From Isurus oxyrinchus (taxonomy: Eukaryota): a stretch of DNA of 64,000 nucleotides. The stretch spans positions 10,292,001 to 10,356,000 of the forward strand of contig JANJGN010000039.1 in NCBI GenBank assembly GCA_026770705.1, given 5' to 3'. Shown here piece after piece: positions 37,681 to 50,925 of this stretch. The position numbers and the translations under genes were made by a program. Positions within the stretch are counted from its first letter, which is position 1, and each line of letters starts with the position of its first letter. The notes under the pieces are model-generated. The model saw only the letters and a program-made list of their open reading frames with translations, did not search any database and was not told where the DNA came from.

Positions 37681-40600
37681 TCGTCATTGTTGGTGTTTCT
37701 TTAATGTTGAGATTGTTGTTGACTTTGTCAGTGCTTTTCAATGTTGAGCTTGCTGTTGAATTTGTGACTGTTATTAAAATTTGAAGTTTTTGCTGAATTC
37801 TTCGATGATTTTCCACGTTGAGGTTATGTTGAATTTGCTGGTGTTTCTTACTGTTGAGGTTTGTAGTTGGGTTTGGTGGTGCTTCTCAATGCCTACGTTT
37901 TTTTGAGTTTGTTGGTGTTTCGAAAAATTGAAGTTGTTGAATTTGTTGGTGCTATTCAATGCTGAAGTTGTTGAATTTCGTTCATTTTCTCAATGCAAAC
38001 CTACTTGCTGAATCTGCCGGTATTTTGCAATGTTAACCTTATTGTTGAAGTTGATGCTGTTTCTACATGTCAGTTAATTAATAATATGGTGCGTTCCAAC
38101 TTTTTGTTGTTAAGTAATTATTTGTTTTTTTGCAATATTGAGGTTAAATGTGTTGATGATATTCAATGTTGAGCTTATTGTTCAACTTGTCGGTGTTCTT
38201 CAATGTTCAGATTGTTGTTGAATTTGTTGGTGATATTCAGTGCTAACTTTGTTGAATTTGTCATTGCTTCTCTCAATGTTGAGGCTGTTGATTAATTTGT
38301 TGGTGTTTGTCAGTTTTGTGTTCTGAATTTGAAAGTGTTTTTTAAAAACGTTGGTGTTTCTTTTTTGAATTAATGTTTTGAATGTTGACCCTATTGAATA
38401 TGGTGCTGTTACTTTCAATATTGAAGCTCTTGTGCAATTAATTCATTTGTTTCAATTTTGGAGGCCTTTCGAATTTGTTGGTTTCTCTTACAGTTGAAGC
38501 TGTTGTTGAATTTGTTGGTGATTTTCAATGCTGAAGTTGTTGTTGGAGTTGTTTCTGTTTCAGTGTTGAAGATGTTGTTGAATTTGTTTCTCAGCAGTGA
38601 GGTTTTGGTTGAATATGCGTGTCTTTTTCAGTTTTGAGATTGTTGTTGAATGTGTTGTGTCTTCAATGACAAGATTTTTGTTGGTTTTGTTGGTGTTTTT
38701 AAGTGTTGAGTTTGTTCTTGAAATTGTTGGTGATTTTCAACTTGTGCTTCAGATCAAATTTCTTGATGGTTATGACTCTTGGTTGTTGAATTTGTTGATA
38801 TTTTTCAATAGTTAGATTCCTGCTATGTTTCTTGATATGTTTTTAAATATTTTGTTTCCTTTTTAAAATTTGTTGCTGTTATTCAATATTGACGTTGGTG
38901 AACTTTTTGGCCATTTTACTGTGAGATTGTTGTTCAATGTCTTTGTCTTGCTTAATGTTGAGGTTGTTGTTCAATTTGTTGGCGATTTTCAATGCGGACA
39001 TTATTTTTAAGTTTGTTGATATTTTTGCATGTTTAAGTTGTTGTTAAATTTGTCTTTGTTTTTCAATATTAACCTATTTGTTGAATGTGTTGGTGTTTTG
39101 CAATGTAAAACTTATTATTGGATTTGTTGGTGTTTTTCAAGGTAGAGTCGTGAAATAATTATTTACTGTTTTGCAGCGTTGAGATTGTTAATGAATTAGT
39201 TGGTCTTTTGCAATGATGAGGTCCTTGATGAATTTGTTGGTGATTTTCAACGGCCAGGCTGTTTTCCAATTTGTTGGTGTTTATCAAGCTTGTTTCACTT
39301 GCTGGTGCTTTACAATGTTGAATATGTTAAATTTGCTCATTTTCCATTTACTGCTGCTGTTGAATTTTTTTATAACATTCTGTGTTGAAATTGTTGCTGA
39401 ATTTATTGGCGTCTTTTCATTGTTGAGCTTTTTTGTTGAATTAGTTCATGTTTTAAATGTTGATGTTGTTGAATTTGTTGCTGTGATTCTGTGTTGAACT
39501 TGGTGTTGAATTTGTTTGAGCTTTTCAATGTCTTGCTGTTGTTGAATTTGTTCATGTCATTCAATTTTGATTTTGCTGAGCTTGGTGGTCTCTGTCAATA
39601 TTATTGTTGTACAATTTGTTGATGTTTTTCAATGTTGAGCTTGTTGCTGAATTTGTTGAGTTTCAATGTTCAGGTTGTTGTTGAATTTGTTCATTCACAG
39701 AATCACACAGAAGAGGCCCTGAGGGCCAGCGAGTCTGTACCGACACGTGAGAAACAACGTGACCTACCTGCCTAATCCCATTTACCAGCACATGGCCCAT
39801 CGGCTTGCATGTTATGACGTGCCATGTACTCATCCCGGGACTTTTTAATGTTGACGGTTTTTGGAATGTTTTGATATTTCTTAATGTTGAGGTTGTTGTT
39901 GACTCTGTTTGTGATTTGTGATTTACAATGTTGAGTATATGTCGAATGTGTTGGTATTTCTTAATGTTGGGGCTGTTATTGACCTTAGTGATTTTCAATG
40001 CCGACGTTGTTTTTAATCTGTTGGTGTTTTTCAATGCTGAAGTTGTTGTTGAATTTGTTTGTGTGCTTAATGCTGAAGTTGTTGCTGAATTTGTTTGTGT
40101 GATTAATGTAATGCTGAAGTTGTTGCTGAATTTGTTTTTCAATGTCGAGGTTGCCGTTGAATATGTGGGTGTTTTCAATGTTGTGGTTGTTGTTGAATTT
40201 GTTCGTGTTTTCAGTGATAAACTGTTGGATTTTTTGGTGCTCTTCAATCTTGAGATTGTTCTTGAATTTGTTCCTCGGTTTCAGTTGCGAGTTTGTTTTT
40301 GAATGTTTTGTTGTGTTTCACTCTTGTTTGCTGAATTTGTTGATGATTTTCAATATTGAGGTTGCTGCTGAGTTTGTTGATTTTTTTCAATATTCTGGTT
40401 GTTGAATTTTCTCGTGTTTTTCAATGTTGAGGATGTTGCTGAGTTTCTTGGTGTTTTCGCTGTTCAGGTTATTATTGAATTTATTGATCTGTTTTTAATT
40501 TTCCGGTTGCTGTTGAATTTGTTGTTATGTTTTGCAGCCTATTCTTGTATTTGTTGGTGATTTTACATGCTGAGGTTTTATTGTATTTTTTCCACCATAA

Positions 40601-41050
40601 CATTTTGGAAATTGTTGCTGTTTATTCAATTAAAGAGTATATTTGAATTTGTTGGCACTTTCAAGGCTGAGGTAGTTGATAAACTTGTCCGTGATTTTCA
40701 ATGACAAGGTTTCGTTTGAATTTAGTTATGTTTTTAAGTATTGTTTGTCGAATTTGTTGTTGTTTTTCAGTGTTTTGTCTGTCCTTGAATTTTTTTTTGC
40801 TGTTTTTCAACGTTGAAGATGTTGATGAATTGGTTCGTGTTTTCCAATGTTAAGGTTATTGTTGAATTTGTTCATATTCTTTCAATGTTGAGTTTGTTAT
40901 CGTATTTTATGCAGTCTTACAATCTTGATGCAGCTCTTGAATGTGTTGGTGGTTTTCAAAATTGTGGTTCTTTATGAATTTGTCGGTGTTTTTAACGTTG
41001 AAGTTGATGTTAAAATTGTTGTTTGTCATGAATCATTGGATACAGGGCCC

Positions 41051-43450
41051 TGTAATCTCACACCCCACTGCTCCCAGGGGGCGAGAACAGTGTGAAAAAG
41101 TTTGATTGACACACCAAATTTCCCAATTCTACCTAATTGTTTAATTTAGGCTAACAGAACATGAGCACCAGGTTTTTAAACTACACAAGTAAATTACTGC
41201 GTATTGACCAGTCATACTTACCAGTGGCAAAATAAGGAAATATGAGCTGCTAACCTTTAACTCAATAACTTCAGCTTCTATGCACAAACACAGACACTTA
41301 CAAAACATACAAAACATCGACTTCAAAGCTGAGATAAAACAGTTCATTATCAGCAATCCAGATTTCGGGGTCAGAGAGGTTCATTTTGCTTGATCTCTTC
41401 CCAGATTCCTTGCAGTTCATTGGAGAGGAGTTGAGACGGTTTTCCAGCACTTTCAGTCTGTTGTTCAATGGTTGAAAATTTTTATTTAAATGTCTCTGTT
41501 GGTTATTTGACACTGTTCCTCTTGACAGGCATTATTCAGAAGGAGCAGGTTCCAGAGATTTGAAGAAGAAACAATTAGCTAGCCTTGGTGTTCATCATCG
41601 TTTTCAGAATCTGATAGTATCTCTCTAAAGCTCCCTGTGTCTGTGGGTGATAGGTTGTAGACTTTAGTTCTTTGATGCACAAATTGCTGATTATGTCCTG
41701 GGAAATTTTAGACCTCAAGTTACGACCTTGTTCAGATTGTATTTCAATTGGTAGGGCATAACGAGTGAACAGCTGAGTTAATGTTTCCACTTCCACATTA
41801 GCTGTAATTATCCTTAAGTGGACGACTCCTTGAAATCGGACTGTCACATCCATGATTGTAAGGACATAATGATGTCCTGCTTTTGTTTTGGGTAATGGTC
41901 CCACAGGATCTACTTGTACCCGATTGAGTCGTTGTTCAAAAACTGGTATGGGTGTTAAAGGAGCTGATTTGATTACATGTTGAGGTATACCTGCTACCTG
42001 ACATGTATGACACATTTTATTAAATTGCACTATGTCCTTAAGAGGTATTGGTCAGGTAAAATGCCTGTTCATTGATGCTTTGTTTCTACATATTCCATCA
42101 TTTCCTGCCATAGAGATTTCATATGCTGCTCACAATATCTCCATATGATAAGTGTGTAGTGCGAATATCTGATGAACAACTGTCCATTCTTCTTCGCAGG
42201 TCTGTGTGTGTGTCTCTGCTTCCTCATCAAAGCTCTGCTTTGATGTACTAGCAGCCTAGAATTCCATCAGCCTCAGCTTCAGTGTGAGCTGACTGCACTA
42301 ACTTGTTTAACTCTGGATCCACCATCTGAGCCTCAATTAATGAAGGCCTGCCAAAAATTCCCTTTGAATTAGCCTCATTCTTAAAGAAATTTTCAGCTAC
42401 TGTAACATCTGCTCGTGGCACTACTTTCGCTTCTGTGAAGGACTTTGTTTAGCCATTGATCTGTTCATCAAACATAATAGAAAATACCAGGAGCTTCTTC
42501 TTGTATCTGCTCTGTCTGTTTAGCCTCTCTCAGACTTTTCATAATTCACTCCTGCGAAATGGTTCCACAGGAGTAAATCAACTCCATCCACGGATAATTT
42601 CTAACCACAAGCTTCGATCCAGAAAACAATCACACTTCAATTGCATTCTGTACAATGGAATCAGGATACATTCTTACTTTCCCCGTTTAACAATACTTTA
42701 GCTTTCAATGAACTCTCTGGAGGGAAAAATAGGTCCTTTTCCAGAAAAAGTGATTGACTAACACCTGTGTCCTTTAAAATAGCTATGGGTTTGGCTGCAT
42801 CATTTGATAAAAATGTGTTATATTTCCTTTCAACAAAAACCCTTTAAATCACTGCAATACTTTATTCACTTCATCTGCATTCACAGCAGTGTTTACCTGC
42901 AGGCCCTTACATGGAAATACAACTACAATTTTACCCGTGGCACTTTCCTTTTGTGTTCCCTTTTCAGGCTGACTCTTGTGAACATCTATTAATCCTATGG
43001 GATTCCCAAGCAACATCCAGCAATCTGAACGAATGTGTCCTTTATTAAAATGGGAATAGGTGGGTCTTCGAGTTTCCATCCTCAGTAACTCCTTTCTTCA
43101 TCTGAACAGGTTAAAGATATATCAGGGGAAAAGTCCAGCTAGCTATCATTGTTCTTCCACAATATCATCTTCCACAATAGCAGGAATGGATTTTGGTCTT
43201 GTTCTTATCAGGTTAGGAGGTATTCTGGTGCACCTCCCTCAAACAATACCTTGTCAGCTGATCAGGAGCAAATTGAAAGGTTGTTGTCACTCATCTCCCT
43301 TGGTCCAGGAATCCTTTATGTCACCATCCTGTCTTTCAGGGCACACTCGACTGCAGTACTGCAACATTGTATATATCTGTAATCATATTCCACTGGACAT
43401 GCCTTTCAAACTGCAGCCATTCTCATGTTAGTCCCCAGTTCAACAGGAAA
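41051..43450 (-). mobile_element. Degenerate Ty3/Gypsy LTR retrotransposon remnant (gag zinc knuckle - protease - integrase; Gmr1-like order)
   Basis: Integrase CHTCQ..PL.PIP......DPVGPLPKTK.GH.YVLTIMD...YHPQTQGALERY.Q.LK.M (41575-42030). Protease ILKDTGVSQSL at ~42750-42790. Decayed knuckle NKGHIRSDCW at ~43015-43050. Confidence 0.85.
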
Positions 43451-43509
43451 AAATTATATATGTCCCTGAAAACTGTCCAGCAGAAATAAAATGATGCGTT
43501 GTTTCCAGA

Positions 43510-43750
43510 TAAAAATCTGGAATTGATAAGGTATGTTGATGACCATGAAAACATTGCTGGTAAATTTAAAAGCCTGCCCTTACCTGGTATGGCCTGCACG
43601 TAACTGCAGATCCACATCAATGCAATGCACTCTTAAATTCCCTCTGAAATGGCCCAGCAAGCCATTCAGTTCTCAACGGCAATTATTGGAGGTGGGCGAT
43701 AAATGCTGGCCAAGCCATTGACGCCCTCATCCCGTGAAAATATAAGAAAA
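43510..43750 (+). mobile_element. Elasmobranch SINE (SacSINE1-like), partial
   Basis: ataaaaatctggaatt...gaccatgaaa.cattg...cttacctggt.tggcct...ctctgaaatggcc.agcaagccattcagtt...ataaatgctggcc..., matching 60645-61002. Confidence 0.7.
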
Positions 43751-44809
43751 ACATGTTTCCTTGTTCATTTCCTTAGCTCCTTTCATTAAAATTTGCATGG
43801 ATGCTGCCACAATGTGCATCAATGGTCACAAGGAAATCGCATGTGATGGACGGTGTTGGATGTGTTGTCACAGACACTGACACCATTCACAGCGGATTGT
43901 GCCAGAGAGTGATGAGGAAGCTGATGTACTGGGCACACTGCGTCTCAGAAAGGTTCAGCTTGTTGACAGGCCCCGGAAAGCAGTTGGTTCTGAATGGACG
44001 TGGAGAATAAGAGGTGGCATTGTTCACTGGATGGGTATTGTCTCGGTGGGATGAGTACTGTTTGTCTTGTCCTGATATGGAGGTCAATGATGAAGCTGTA
44101 ATAGAATGTTAGCACGGTGTCCGTACAGCAGGGCTGGAGGACGGTGTAGAAAAGAGAATTGGCACGTCAAAAATACATAGATTTTAAATCATTGTGTGAT
44201 TGGGAGTTGAACATGGAGAAGGAAAGGATTGTGGTCAAGGAATTGGTGTTTTTCAAGAGCGTGTAAGGAAGTGGTGATCATTTTTGTCTACCGATTTCCC
44301 AAATTAAAAGATGGGCGTATGAACAATTGGGCATGATAGAGCTCACGTCAGCTTATTGAGTTCCCAGTGAGGAAAGGAGGTAGGGGTCACTCTGCCTGTT
44401 GGGGTTCCGGTGAAGAAGGGAGGTAGAGTTCTCTTTCTCTGAGGGAGGATGGTACGCTCACCCACAATAAATCGATATACACAGTAATCCATTGCGCCAC
44501 CCCCCGATTATGAATCCCTCCCATTACCCATTCTATTAAACTGTTGATATTAATTTTGTGTTTTACTTCCTAGAATATCACCCGGTGAGGTGAGGAGTCT
44601 GCTGCTCATTTCTTGTGTAAGTCATTTGCATTTCGGTGAAAGTCGACTGTGTTTATTAAACATTTGTCACGGAACAAAAACCCACGTCCCATAGCCCATC
44701 CCATTTGTGACGCTGATCAGAGCAGTTTAATTTTTCTGCTTGGGCCAGAAGTATAGGCAGCATTGTTACCATTGTACACGGAATGTATAATTACAAAGAG
44801 ACATTGTTC

Positions 44810-45810
44810 AGTTCAATTCTTCTTATCATGTCCACTGATAGTCTTTACGCATTTTTGCACCTTGTTGTTGAATTCGGCAAGATCTGCATCAATGCAGGGT
44901 TCCTCTAGCGATGGACATTGCAGCAGATGTTGCATAGTCTGTGGCTCAGTTCCACATTCACAAGTTGTCTGGCAGGATGTATATCCCCATTTGCTTAGTG
45001 ACACCTTTGAATGACGTACACAAGTCCTAATTCTGTTAAGGCACTTCCAGGTTGCCCAGTTGCAATTAGCTCCTGGGGGAAGGCTTGCATCCGGTAGAAT
45101 TTCCATCATTATGGGTTGATCGAGACTGGCGAACTGGTCTGTCGACAAGGCGATGCGGGCTTCAGATGGGGTTGATTGTAATGGAACAACACGGTTCATC
45201 AAGCCCTTCGTTGACTATTGGCAGCTGGATTTAGGCGTATGACCTTGTAGAGGGCGCCTGTCACCTGAAGTTTGACGGAGTTGCTCTTTCTTGCTGGCTA
45301 TCGTTCTTCTTATATCAGGGGGAGCAATACCTGCCAGAATATATATGCTGTTGGTGATTGTTGGTTTTAAACAACCAGTGAAAAGTAGGCAGATTGCATT
45401 CAGAACGGCATCCATCTTCTTAGCATGAGCAGATCTTTCCATGCAGGGCAGGCGTATTCGGCAGTGGACTAGCAAAGGGCAAGTGCACTGGTCGCAATGC
45501 TTTCAGCCTTGCTCCCTATTTTGTGTTAGTGAGCTTAATCAGGATGTTGTTTCGTGCGCTCACTTTTGCCTTTGTCTTTTCGATGTGGTTCTTGAAGTTG
45601 AGGCATCTGTCAAGGGTGACTTCTAGGCAGATAGGGTGTCCGTGTTGCTCCACACCAGGTCACTTTAAGCTAGTGCTTGGTTTCATGGTTTCTGAGGTGG
45701 AAAGCACAAACTTGCGTTATTGATGGGTTTGCACGCACGTGGTTTTCTTCAGAGTAGGATCTTAGTCCCTCCATGGCCTCAGAAAGCGTTTTCTCCACGG
45801 TGTTAAAATC
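44810..45810 (-). mobile_element. Vingi/Ingi-like non-LTR retrotransposon 3' fragment
   Basis: ERSAHAKK.D..LN..C...TGCLKPT....YILAGIAPPDIRR and W.TWKCLNR.RT....SK..L.KWGY....CECG..PQTMQHLLQCP (C-terminal CCHC), with frameshifts. The clade call is from recalled motifs. Confidence 0.72.
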
Positions 45811-45919
45811 AGTGCATTCAGTCATCAAAAACTAATCAGGCAACAGAGTTTGACAAGTTCCACTAAGGTGAGTCGTTCCATCTCAGAATCTGACTATCAC
45901 TCTTAAATTGGAATTGAAA

Positions 45920-46595
45920 CCTTGTTCGTTGTGTTGGGGGTTTGGGGTTTCAGTGATTTGTGGGGTTTAGGGATTCAGTGTTAATCGGGTTTGGGGTTCA
46001 GTTTTAGAGGCGATTTGGGGTTTCAATGTCATTCGAGTTTGAGGGATCAGTGTTAGTGGAGTTTGCAGGTTCAATGTTAGAGGGGTTTGGGTGGGTTCGG
46101 TGTTAGTGAATTTTTTGAGTTCAGTTCTAGCGGAGTTTCAGGGTTAAGTGTTCGTCCGGTTTGGGGGTTTCAATATTAGTAGAATTTGAGTGATCGGTGT
46201 TAATGGGATTTGGGTGATTTTTGTTAGTAGAGTTTTTCGGGCGGAGGGTTTGGTGTTTGTAGATTTTGGGAGTTCAGTGTTAGTGAGACTTGGGATGCAG
46301 TGTTAGTGGGACTGGGGGTTCAGTATCAATTAGTATCCAGCAGTCATTCACGGGCTGTGGGTGCCAACAATTTAATAACAAAAATTGGCATTAACCATTC
46401 GATCGATTGGGTTCAGTGTTCAGTGTTTTGGGGATTTCAGTGTTCATGGTGCTTGGGGGATCAGTTTTAATGGGGGTTGGGATTTCAGCGTTAATAGTGT
46501 TTTGGGGTTCATTGTTTCTGGGGTTCAGTATTACGGGGCTCCTTGTTTTTGTGGTTTGAGGGGTTCAGTGTTAGTGGGATTTAGGGGTTCAAAAA
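45920..46595. repeat. Degenerate ~22-bp G/T-rich minisatellite (GGGTTTGGGGTTCAGTGTTAGT)
   Basis: Recurrent ttcagtgttagtgg/ggtttggggg motif. Confidence 0.75.
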
Positions 46596-47804
46596 GCACT
46601 TGTTATGTGTAACACTTCCTTGTATTATCACAGACCCAGACACGTAACAGAACGAGGGATCTGAGGCACAATATAGTTGAGACTCCCGTCGGAGTTCATG
46701 CTTTGTCATAGTCGGATCATCAGACTCAGGTACCTGAATTGTCAACTCAAATTGAGGATAAACTTCCCCCAACACAACTCAATCACGGAGAATCGTTCAG
46801 TCTGTCATCAATGGGGAATATACAGAGTGTTGAGTCTTGCCCCTTTCCTAGCCCCCACCCCCAAGTAACCACTCCCCTCCAATCTACCTCCGTACCCAGT
46901 TCCCACTCTCACCTCTAACCCTGCCAAGGGGCTTTGAGTGGGTGTATCTGAAACCTTGTCCTCTCAGTGTTACAGCGGTCCTGGACCTCAGCAACCTGGA
47001 ATGTGACCAGATCAATACCGAAGTCCAAGACATTTACATCTCCAGGAACAAACTGGACACTCGCGAGGAAAAGAAAGCCTATTTTCAGCAGGTGACGGGA
47101 TTCATCCTGCAGGCATTGTCGGGCTGTGGGCAGCAGCCAATCAACAAGATGAGTCGGCATTATTTAACCATTTCATTGATTGATAATCTCCAGTTCGCAT
47201 TGAGTCAAGGGCAGGGATTCGATTTCCCTTCCTCACTCTCTGGGAGGGGTTTAATTGAAACGATTGGGGGGAGGGGAGTCAGTTTCCCAAATGCTGTATG
47301 GGCAGACTGTGAGCTGGTGTGGAGTGGACAGGGAGTGTTCGGGTGTTGGAGGGGTGGGACATGTTCCCCCCTCTTGTTCAGGGATGGAAGTTCGCTCGTA
47401 CTAAATGGCCATCGATGTCTCATGAGTTTCCCTTGTTAGTTGCTCAGTAACTACGATCCCAGTCAATCCGACCTCACTCCTTACCTATCCATTCCGAGGT
47501 ACATGAAATGCTGAAAAATATTCTTACCTGTAAGAAGCTGGTGCCAAAATTACAAGAGAATCCCGGCGAGGAAAGGAATAAATGACCCAGAAGATCCAGG
47601 TTGGTTGGCGAGTGGGTTGGAACCTGATTTCTGGAATGAGGGACAGGCTCCGGGAGCATGAGGGTGTGGTCTCATTGGTGGTGGAGCATGGGGTTGGGTG
47701 TTGTCTTTCGGGGTTATTATTTGATTTTGGGTTTGGGGTGTGCTTGAGCCTGAATCATCATCTGTGATAGCTTTTGGTATAACTCAAGAATTCTTATTTT
47801 GTGA

Positions 47805-48370
47805 TATAAGACCATAAGTGGTAGGAGCAGAAATAGGCCATTCGGCCCATCGAGTCAACTCCGCCATTGAATATAATTATGCCGGACCTGATAATCCTCA
47901 AATCCACTTTCCTGCCTTTCCCCATACCCCTTGATTCCCTTACTGATTTAAAATCTGCCAATCTCAGCCTTGAATATACTTCATGACCCAGCCTCTACAG
48001 CCCTCTGCAGTAAATAATTCCACAGTTTCGGAAGAATTTCCTCCTCATCCCTGTTTTAAATGTGGGCCCCATACTCTGAAATTATGCCATATGGTGCTGG
48101 AATCTCCTGCAGCCTCTCAGCATCTATCCTGCTAAGGCCCCTAAGAATCTTCTTTGTTTCCGTAAGTTCGCATATCATTCTTTTAATCTGCAATGAGTAC
48201 AGGCCCAACCTATTCTATCTCTCCTCATGAGAAAATCCCTCCATCCCCAGGATCAACCTTCTCTGGATTGTCTCCAATGCCATTTATCTTTCCTTATGTA
48301 AGGGGACAAAAACTGTTCACAATATTCTAGGCGTTGTCTAACCTGTGCCTTGTACAGTTGAGGCAATAAC
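47805..48370 (-). mobile_element. CR1 LINE 3' fragment
   Basis: ataagaccataag..taggagcagaaataggccattcggcccatcgag..., with downstream RT C-terminal sequence (aactg.tcacaatattct..g.tgtctaacc.gtgccttgtac). Confidence 0.8.
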
Positions 48371-49139
48371 AAATCTGGGGAAAAGACTGGAACTCCCACC
48401 TAACAGGACTGTGGGTGTGCTAGCACAACTTGGACAAGGCAGATCAACTCCACCTTCTCCAGGGCAATTAGGGATGGGCAATAAATGCTGACCCTTGCCA
48501 ACGATGCCTATGTCCCGAAATGAATTTAAAAGAAAAAAAAAAGACTCTCAACTTCCTCTCTCTCTCCGTGTCCCACTCGCTCAAGCTGTATCTCTGACCC
48601 ATTCATTCAGTTTATCTGTCCCATTTGTTCTCTCTCCTGCCCACTGACTGTATCTCAGCCTCGTGCTCTCTCCCTGTCCAGCTCACTGTGTGTGCCTGAG
48701 CCACATGCACCCTCGCTGTGCCCTGCTCACTCTGTATCGCCTCAGTGATAAAGCTGGCCTGACATTCACTGTGCAAGATAACGGCGATGATTGCACAGAC
48801 AGCAGCGATAGCTAGTGAACCAATTGCAAACTTCTACCCCTCATGGAAACTCGCTCCACCCTGCTCACTCTATATCACCTCAGTGACAGAGCTGGCCTGA
48901 CCTTCACTCTACAAGATAGCGGCGATAATTCACAGACAGCAGCGATAGTTACTGAACCAATTGCAAGCTTCTTCCATCTGCTCACACATAACACCTGCCA
49001 GGATGTCTCTGCAAAGACACAGTCAAAGGAAAGTTCAGCTGCAGCGAAGGAGAAGGGGAGCAGCACTGTTAGATGTGGCAGGGTTGGTATTTCATGTGTT
49101 TCATGGAAGTTATGAACACAGATCATCAGCGCTCCACAC

Positions 49140-50257
49140 CATCCCGATCAACTACTCCAAGGACCGGTACTGAACGGGGTTAGAAAGAGAGTAAATCTCA
49201 TTTTACACTGCCCCCATCAAACACTCCCAGGACATTTACAGCACGGGGTTAGATACAGAGTAAAGCCCCCTCTACACTGCCCCCATCAAACACTCCCAGG
49301 ACAGGTACAGCACGGGGTTAGATACAGAGTAAAGCCCCCTCTACACTGCCCCCATCAAACACTCCCAGGAAAGGTACAGCACGGGGTTAGATACAGAGTA
49401 AAGCTCCCTCTACACTGTTCCCATCAAACACTCCCAGGACAGGTACAGCACGGGGTTAGATACAGAGTAAAGCTCCCTCGACACTGTTCCCATCAAACAC
49501 TCCCAGGACAGGTACAGCACGGGGTTAGATACAGAGTAAAGCTCCCTCTACACTGCCCCATCAATCACTCCTGTGACAGGTACAGCACGGGGTTAGATAT
49601 AGAGTAAAGCTTTTTCCTCACCGTCGCCACTAAATATTCCCAGGACTGATACAGGATGGGGAAAGACACAGAGTAAAGCTCCCTCTACACTGACCCCAAC
49701 AAACACTCCCAGGACAGGTACAGCACGGGGTTAGATACAGAGTAAAGCTCCCTCTACTCTGTCCCCATCAAACACTCCCAGGACAGGTACAGCACGGGGT
49801 TAGATACAGAGTAAATCTCCCTCTACACTGTCCCCATCATACACTTCCAGGACAAGTACAACACGGGGTTAGATAAAGAGTAAAGCACTCTCTTCTCTGT
49901 CCCCATCAAACACTCCCAGGACATTGACAGCACGGGGTTAGAGACAGAGTAAATCTCCCTCTACACTGTCCCCATCAAACACTCCCAGGACAGGTACAGC
50001 ACGGGGTTAGATGCAGAGTAAAGCTCCCTCTACACTGTACCCATCAAACACTCCCAGGACAGGTACAGCACGGGGTTAGATACAGAGTAAAGCTCCCTCT
50101 ACACTGTCCCCATCAAACACTCCCAGGACAGGTACAGCACAGGGTTAGATACAGAGTAAAGTTCCCTGTACACTGTCCCCATCAAACACTCCCAGGACAG
50201 GTACAGCACGGGGTTAGATACAGAGTAAAGCTCCCTCTACTCTATCCCCATCAAACA
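49140..50257. repeat. 69-bp minisatellite (~16 copies; ACAGGTACAGCACGGGGTTAGATACAGAGTAAAGCTCCCTCTACACTGTCCCCATCAAACACTCCCAGG)
   Basis: 69-bp period (ggtacag at 49304 and 49373). I recall this unit as a common dispersed shark repeat. Confidence 0.95.
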
Positions 50258-50925
50258 TTGGCAAAAAAAGCTGACTTAGCCATCGAAGCCCTGATACAAA
50301 GAAGCAATGGAAATATATACTCCGGCCATTATACAATGTTGTCTATAAAATGTTCAGACCTGTTGTCAATTTCAAACCCCCCCCCCCCCCCCGCCCCCTT
50401 AACCATTCATGGTCAGTAACTGGAGGCAGCTTATGATATAGGGCAAAAAACACTGTTCCAAACAGCAGGTGAGATGTTTCCTTGCTTTGGTATTGCAGAT
50501 CCTTTCATTAATAATCTTTAATTTGCGCAAATGTTGTCACAGTCTGTATCATTGATGAATGATATTGCTTCAGCCAACCCGCACTGCCAGTGGTCGCAGG
50601 TGAATCCCATGTGATGAACGCTGCTGGATGTGTTGTTGCAGAGACTGACACGCTCACGGCAGATTGTACCGGAGAATGAGGGGGAAGCAAGTGGTGACCC
50701 CACTGCATCTCTCACAGCAACATTTATTTCAAGGCTCTGGTAAGCATTCGGCTATGAATGGACCATTATAATAAGATCAGGGATTTGTCACCTGCTGGGT
50801 GTTTGTTCACAGGGGTGTGTGCTCCTTGTCCTGTCCGCATACAGGGCTCAGTAATTGAATTGTATTCGAATATTATAAGGGTGTCTGTAGGAGGAGAGGG
50901 GCTGGAGAAGAACTATGGAAAACAT

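Larger units (their letters stand above)
31080..41030. repeat. Large degenerate TG-rich satellite (~35-37-bp unit, TTTTCAATGTTGAGGTTGTTGTTGAATTTGTTGGTG) with insertions
   Basis: Recurrent ttcaatgttgaggttg..gttgaatttgttggtg motif across ~10 kb. Confidence 0.85.

Noticed and set aside
46620-47770. ORFs 46942-47439 and 46915-47160 as gene or L1/Tx1 ORF1
   Set aside because: Only vague resemblance to a degenerate retroelement ORF1, and no motif I can support without a search.
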